Source: Caecitellus pseudoparvulus (Eukaryota > Protista > Bigyra: Bicosoecida). From it: 35,509 nt of DNA. Shown here piece after piece: positions 29,464-35,509 of the stretch. The stretch covers positions 1 to 35,509 of the forward strand of contig CBFFRQ010000134.1 of assembly GCA_965644315.1 (NCBI GenBank), given 5' to 3'. The position numbers and the translations under genes are program-made. How positions within the stretch are numbered: position 1 is the stretch's first letter; every line of letters starts with the position of its first letter. The notes beneath the pieces were generated by a model. The model was given only the letters and a program-made list of their open reading frames with translations. It made no database searches and was not told the DNA's origin.

Positions 29464-32400
29464 TTAGCTGACACTCTTCCGAAGGGAACTTCGTTGGGAC
29501 CTTGCTGCTGAAAATGACACTCTGCCACGCTCATCCAAGTGACGATCGACTGACAAACGTCTATTAGCCTCCGGAAAAATGAGCTCAGAAAATGGTTGAG
29601 ATGAGGCTGCCGAGGTGCGAGCGGCAAGAACGACCAAGACTTGTGAGCCAGCCCCGGCCTCAGCTCTTGCTGACCTTTGAGGAGAATTATCGAGCCTTGG
29701 GAGTGTTGGCAAGTTCTGAGCACGCTGTGGGTGCGGGGTGCTGTGTCTCTTCGGTACCTTTGCGCCCAAGGTAGGCGATGATACACTGTTGCGTCGGAAT
29801 ATCGGGTTTGTTCCTTGAAGCCTCCGCCCACTTTCCACGCTGGCAAGAGGATTCGGCTGCAGTGGGGGCTTGCCACCCTTGCTGGCGCTACTGTGTGACG
29901 GGAACTGTACAGCACTGCCAGCCGGCATGCCCACCAGGGTTGACTCCGAGTCACCCACCACATCCGCCATGCCAGTCTCCACGGACAGTCCCTGCTCCTG
30001 CACCATGCCCAGCACACTCAACACATCCGACGCTGGGCGAGCCGCTGCCGGCCGCACCTCACCTCGCCGCACACACCGCTGCACCAACGCCCACACAATG
30101 CTGCCCACACCCGGCACTTGGCTGTCAATCACATCACCCAGCTGGCCACTGCCCCCGCTTCTTGCACTGGCTGGCCCCAGCTCAGGCAGCAGCGCTCGCA
30201 GGCGCCGACCCACACGTGCCAGCAGTGCTCGCACTCGGCCACTGTACCCTCGCGCAACAGCCATCGCCAGCCACAGCAGCACAAGCACATGCCCGATGCC
30301 GGAGATGATGGATGCTGCAGTGGCCAGTCCGCCACCCGCCGTGCTCACACCCACACACACCACCTGTACCAGGATGCCGCCATGGGCCAGCACATCCAGG
30401 TCGCTCAGCTCAGCCAGCGCCCACGGCCGACGGTGCTGCACGAGGGCCATGCTGCCCGCAACACCCACACCGACACACACGAGGCGAGCCACGATGGATG
30501 TCGTCATGCTGCCCATGACCGCCACGAGCACGACGAGGGCCATTTGCAGGGCAGGGAAGGCGTGAGTGGGCAGGAGGCGCCCGGCACCGCAGCAGGCACG
30601 CTCACTGGCGCGTGCTGCTGCGACAGCCGCTGCTTTGAGTGCCTTGTCTGCACTTGTGGCGTGTGCGAGGCACACTGCTTGCTGTGGCGTGTACTGCATG
30701 CGGTATCCTTTGCTGCAAAACGCATGGATGGACGCCCCTCGTGGCAGCAGCTGTTCCGACCTCCGCCACTGCCGCCACGCCAGCACACTCAGCACACCCA
30801 CCGTGGCAGCCAAGCACTGCAGCGTCAAGGAGGCAGCGTACCCGCCCACATCAGCCGCATGCCCAGCGACATCGTCTGGACTGGACATGCCACACCACAC
30901 TGGCTGCAGCCCCACGACGCGAGCCTGGCCCTGGATGACACTGGGCACCACCTGCATGTACGCCGCTGGCGCCAGGAGCAGCAGGATGGTGGTCCAGGTC
31001 TTGCCAGGTGCAGGGCGAGCGCACCGCAGCACAGCGGCACTGACACACAGCAGGACGGCGCCGTACACGGCCATGATGATGTTGGCCATGTCATGCGGGC
31101 TGCGACTGTCGCCTCCGCCCGTGAGACACCCGGCACTTGGCATTGTCGCGACGCCAGCCCGCCCTGTCAGTGCGCCCAGGATGCCCATAACGTCCATGCC
31201 TTGGGCTGGCTCAGGCTGGCTCGCGTACATGGTGCCGTTGGGCAGCATGACCTGCTCTTGACCTGCTCGCCAGGGCTGGGCCATGCCACAGACGTCGGCC
31301 CAGTGGCCCAGGGTGTGGGCTGTCGCCTGCAGTGTTCCTGGCGTGTCGGCAGCTAGCAGCGCCACCTGTCCCGCCATGCCGATGTACCACATGGCCAGGC
31401 GCAGGCTGCCACTGAATAGGCTTGTCGCGACACGGTCAGGAGCACGCGCATACCCGTGCACTGCGAACAGGGACATGGCCAGGCCCAGCAGTATCTGTGC
31501 AGCTGTTGCACCCACCTTGACGACATCTGGCGCCACGCCATTGTAGGGACACTGGCGGCATGTGGTGCAGGGTGAGGTAGCAGCCCAGCCGTCGTCACAG
31601 GCCTGGCAAGCGAGGCCGCGGTGTCCAGGTTGGCAGCCTGACAGGAGGCGCACGTCGGTGTGGGGGAGGCATGAGCCTGGTCGAGGACAGGGTAGGATGA
31701 GAGCTTGTGGAGAGGAGCAGTGCCCGGCACAGGCAAGCTGTGCTGGGAAGCGGGGGGCAATGCGAAGGTGGGATGAGGAGTTGCGTGTGGAATGTGTGAC
31801 CGCCCAAACTGAGCGGCGTGGGGATGGCCAGGGTGTTGGGGAAGATTTTGGAGGTAAAGAGGCAATTGGTACAAAATTGCTCGTGGTTGAGGGTGCACTG
31901 GACGGAGTGTCCAGAATGCTGCTTGTTCTGCTGAAACCAGGGGAGCCAGATGGGTTGTTTGATGTCCTGGAGGTGGCCGTGACAGTGACGGTAAATGAGG
32001 GCGTCTTTGTCACAAGCGAGGTGGTTGTGATACTGGCGGTGTGAGACGGCGTCTCTGTCGTGGAAGAGGCGGACGTGACACTGGTCGTGTGAGATGGCGT
32101 CACCATTTGCGTCATTGATGAAGATTGCGTGGCAATGGCGGTACGGGATGCAATTGGCGTCGTGGACTGTGTTGTTGTGGGTGATGCAGTCGTACTAGGT
32201 GATGGGCTGGGCGTGGGCGTTGCCAAGGCTACACTCTGGCCGGGGAGGCACACAACATCCACGATCGGCGGACATGCTCCCGCGCTGCAGCTCCAAGCAC
32301 CATAAAGGATGCTGCCTACGCAGGAGCCTGATCCAGTGCATGAAATGCTGCAGTAACCAGGCGTTGATGGGCGGGTACAAAACATGACGGTGTCGGCGCA

Positions 32401-33282
32401 CGAGTCGCTGCCCGAACAGCTCACAGCAGCGCCCTCCTGCAGGATGAGAGGATTACTTGATGAGGAAGAACAACTGCGTGATGCTTGACAACTAACGGTG
32501 CTATTTGGCAGAGGAGGCGCACTGGGGCAGCTTTGACACATACAGAGCTGGGAGCTTAAGGGAATGGGGCCATCTCTCAGGGAGCAGTCGAACCGTGAGG
32601 GGGAAGATGGGGGGCAAGAGCTCGCGAAAGGTGACCCAAATGTGGTCAGTGTGGTGAGGCTGGTGAGTCCGTCCAACACACCCACAGGCAGGCTGTGCAG
32701 TGCACCGTTGCCGTTCAGGTACAGCTCTGTAAGGCTGGCGAGGCGGTCGAACACACCCCGTGGCAGGCATGTCAGGGCGTCATTGTAGCTCAGGTCCAGG
32801 CTTGTGAGGCAGACCAAGCTGTCGAACACGCCCAGTGGCAGGCTATTCAAGGCATCGTTGCCGCCCATGTACAGGTGTGTGAGGCTGGAAAGGCTGTTGA
32901 ACACGCCCACAGGCAGGCTTTCCAGGCCGTTGTTGTGCAAATATAGGGTGGTGAGGTTTTTAAGGTTATTTAGCACACCCAAAGGCAAGCTGGTCAGGGC
33001 GCCGTTGTTGATCACATCCAGGATTGTCAGGCTGGTGAGGCTGTCAAACACACCCACAGGCAGGCTGGTCAGCGCACCGTTGTCCCACAGTTCAAGTCGT
33101 GTGAGGTTGGTGAGGCCGTCAAGTGCACTGGCATCGATGCTCGTGATGCTACTGTATGTGATGCTCAGGCTTGAACCGCCGCAACTCTTGCAATCCTGAA
33201 GCACTCCACTATCCACCACACAGCAAGCAGGCACGCCGCTCATGACTCCAGCGATAAGACTAGCCAAGCATACGGTCCACAT
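29464..33282 (-). CDS. LRR-containing, Cys-rich, mucin-stalk multi-pass membrane receptor-like protein
   Basis: Part of the 1371-aa ORF (to 33579). Likely ATG at 33282 precedes a signal-peptide-like MWTVCLASLIAGVMSG. About 7 LRRs, a Cys-rich region, a Thr/Ser/Pro stalk, C..GHRGLACQAC..GW, then several TM helices. Confidence 0.8.
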   Translation of the reverse strand: MWTVCLASLIAGVMSGVPACCVVDSGVLQDCKSCGGSSLSITYSSITSIDASALDGLTNLTRLELWDNGALTSLPVGVFDSLTSLTILDVINNGALTSLPLGVLNNLKNLTTLYLHNNGLESLPVGVFNSLSSLTHLYMGGNDALNSLPLGVFDSLVCLTSLDLSYNDALTCLPRGVFDRLASLTELYLNGNGALHSLPVGVLDGLTSLTTLTTFGSPFASSCPPSSPSRFDCSLRDGPIPLSSQLCMCQSCPSAPPLPNSTVSCQASRSCSSSSSNPLILQEGAAVSCSGSDSCADTVMFCTRPSTPGYCSISCTGSGSCVGSILYGAWSCSAGACPPIVDVVCLPGQSVALATPTPSPSPSTTASPTTTQSTTPIASRTAIATQSSSMTQMVTPSHTTSVTSASSTTETPSHTASITTTSLVTKTPSFTVTVTATSRTSNNPSGSPGFSRTSSILDTPSSAPSTTSNFVPIASLPPKSSPTPWPSPRRSVWAVTHSTRNSSSHLRIAPRFPAQLACAGHCSSPQALILPCPRPGSCLPHTDVRLLSGCQPGHRGLACQACDDGWAATSPCTTCRQCPYNGVAPDVVKVGATAAQILLGLAMSLFAVHGYARAPDRVATSLFSGSLRLAMWYIGMAGQVALLAADTPGTLQATAHTLGHWADVCGMAQPWRAGQEQVMLPNGTMYASQPEPAQGMDVMGILGALTGRAGVATMPSAGCLTGGGDSRSPHDMANIIMAVYGAVLLCVSAAVLRCARPAPGKTWTTILLLLAPAAYMQVVPSVIQGQARVVGLQPVWCGMSSPDDVAGHAADVGGYAASLTLQCLAATVGVLSVLAWRQWRRSEQLLPRGASIHAFCSKGYRMQYTPQQAVCLAHATSADKALKAAAVAAARASERACCGAGRLLPTHAFPALQMALVVLVAVMGSMTTSIVARLVCVGVGVAGSMALVQHRRPWALAELSDLDVLAHGGILVQVVCVGVSTAGGGLATAASIISGIGHVLVLLWLAMAVARGYSGRVRALLARVGRRLRALLPELGPASARSGGSGQLGDVIDSQVPGVGSIVWALVQRCVRRGEVRPAAARPASDVLSVLGMVQEQGLSVETGMADVVGDSESTLVGMPAGSAVQFPSHSSASKGGKPPLQPNPLASVESGRRLQGTNPIFRRNSVSSPTLGAKVPKRHSTPHPQRAQNLPTLPRLDNSPQRSARAEAGAGSQVLVVLAARTSAASSQPFSELIFPEANRRLSVDRHLDERGRVSFSAARSQRSSLRKSVS
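32635..33155 (-). repeat. Tandem ~75-bp coding repeats (25-aa leucine-rich repeats)
   Basis: Repeating LxSLPxGVFDxLxSLTxLxLxxNxA units, also recognisable at the DNA level. Confidence 0.88.
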
Positions 33283-35509
33283 GAATGCCCTTTGCCCTGA
33301 AAGACCAGTGGAAATGCCCCCATTTCCACTTGCCGTGCCTGTGTCGTCTACCGTGCCAGAGCGCTGAAATGCCCTGGGGGTTGATGGGGTACGTGGCACT
33401 CCCGGGTCGAAAAAGTCAAGCGCAATGCTTCTGGCCGGATTGGAGCACGCTTTCCCACTTCTGCACGAGCACAGCATTCCATGAACAGTGCATAGGGGCG
33501 CCCTCCTGCCGTCTTGAACGAGCACCCTCTTTGTCGGCTTTACTTGCATCATGAGCGAGCTGCGCAGTGTGTTTCCCAAGTAGTGCTCCTGAGGCCCGCC
33601 TGCTAGCGAACCGACAGGCAGGTAGGACTGAAGAATGAATCCTTCAAGTTTGGCGTGTCCTTTGATTATGTGGGCTGATAGCGCCGACTCGTCGTGTCGT
33701 TGGAGTGACGAGGAAACGTGACACCACCAGGTCGAACCGTGTTTCGCGCCCGATACCTCAACTGCAACCGATGGCCGCGATTATCCACAGGCATGAATTG
33801 TGATTTACTTCTGGTGTGATTGGGAATCTTGCGTGTGGAGTGGACTGCGCGGGTGGGTGTTGGTGGGGGGGGCGATGTTTCGTGGAAGTCTGCGCTGGCC
33901 CTGTTTCGCCCGAAACGCAGGTCGACCTTCATCTGTATGCAGGCACAAAACCCGGCACCTCGCGGACTGAATCCCCTCAATGCTCTCAGAAACCACCATT
34001 CCTGATCCTTCCCCGTCCACGTGTCAGACAGACCAGCCTTGATTTCAGCTTTCGGTCTGTTCTCGCAGGATGCCGCCAACGCCACACCTAAACCCTCTAT
34101 GCTCACCACCAGCAGCACACCGTCATATTACGAACATTCTATGATGTCTTCTGTGCGTGTTCAGTCTGTGATTCTCACCGACGCTGCGTTCACCAAAAGC
34201 ATGGGAAGCAGCCTCCAGCGAACCACACTCCTGCTTCCTTCAAGGTGCCTGCACTTGAGCCCTACAGACGACACAGAACCAATCAAAATGGTGCGGCACC
34301 ATGTACCGAGAAAGTGTTCCATGCAAGCGTGATTTCAGACAACCCTCTCTCAGTGGGGCCTGGCTGCATCTTCTGCGTTCACCCGAAGGTCAGGCATCCC
34401 ACAGTGACACGTAGCTGCCCAAAGCGTGCCTGCTAGCTGGCAGGCATCACCCGCTCGCCTTTCATACATGATGCTTTCACTCCATATATTCTCTTCCTTA
34501 CTGCCTGCCTTCCCCAATCACTGGTTTGCGAAGCTCGATGCCATTGAACCCAGACCTCTCCGCGCGCCTTTCAGCATCGTACAGCAAGGATGGGGACTAC
34601 CATCGTCCTACATGACAAGCCAGGGGCGAACAAAGCGTCGTTTTCCAGGTCTTTACTCGTGCAGCATTCTCTGTTCTAGAAGCAGCGCTCCTTGTTTTGC
34701 TGAGCTGGCAGTGCTGCGAGCCCAGCCAGCAGGCACCACTTCGCGGCCCACAGATCACTTCAGCTACCCAAAGCGACAAATAAACCAACCATACTAATGA
34801 GCCATTCTACTGTTTGTTCCCCGTCCCGTGCCTCTCTCTCCACTGCGCTCCTACCCTGAAGGCACAATCCATAAGCTGAAGCTCAGAGGCCAAGCAGGAA
34901 GCATGGACGCACACGAGCCAGAAGAAGTCCATGAGGAAACCTCCAAGCAACACATGAACTTCGTACAGCCTACATCGAAAATAATACCTGTATCTCGCGT
35001 TCATCACCCTTTGCCTGCGCAGAGCCCCACGTAAACTCTCCTGCAGGCACCGATTTCCGCCACCATGCACCCGCCACGCCAGCCGCCAGTGCTGACCACA
35101 ATGCACCTGAATCAATGCAGCAATGATACTGATCAATCAAAAGATAACTTATCTTCGCCATGACAGCGTTTAGGGAGTGAATACTTTGCCCTGTTTCTGG
35201 CCATGCTTCACTTCAGCGGAATGTGGTCTGAGCCTTTGCGAAGCTGTAAGTTTCCGGGCCCATCTGGCGCACCCTGCTCCCAAAGGTCCGCATTCAAGCC
35301 TAACTGCCGATAAAGATGTTTGGCTGTGCGCGAAGCTTTGTTTTTTGCCCCAGACCCTGACGGGCGACATCGCACCCGCTGCCCGGATCCGCATCTGAGT
35401 CACGCTCCGCTCGGTCAATCCCATCAGCAAAGACATCCCACGAAAAATTTACACACTAGAAACGATTACTCCGCACAAGTAACCACAGCCATACACAGAA
35501 AGCGAGAAG

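Noticed and set aside
29778-32044. Long + strand ORFs (e.g. 30118-31356, 412 aa)
   Set aside because: Antisense shadows of the GC-rich minus-strand receptor gene.
33600-35509. Short ORFs at the right end
   Set aside because: No domain signatures or consistent coding pattern; small exons cannot be excluded.

Overview
Left end of a eukaryotic chromosome, probably from a GC-rich protist (inference), with (CCCTAA)n/TTAGGG telomeres. The first ~19.7 kb is a head-to-tail array of three divergent non-LTR retrotransposons (A 309-8066, B 8723-15953, C 16012-~19698). All lie on the + (C-rich) strand with their 5' ends toward the telomere, and each is preceded by a telomeric tract (308, ~656 and 58 bp). 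B has an intact 2124-aa ORF: putative papain-like Cys-His-Asn domain, APE endonuclease, RT (YADD), CCHC finger and a PIP-box-like tail. A is a frameshift-riddled relative with a longer N-terminus. C is a 5'-truncated, endonuclease-less but open RT frame. None has a poly(A) tail: each ends in a predicted structured 3' RNA, then AATGCATT, 7-8 nt and CTAACCC. Proximal to the array are minus-strand subtelomeric genes: a Crinkler/RHS-like P-loop NTPase, a Cys-rich multi-TM surface protein and an LRR/Cys-rich multi-TM receptor-like protein, plus an isolated ~300-bp fragment of element C. No feature could be supported in 33.6-35.5 kb.
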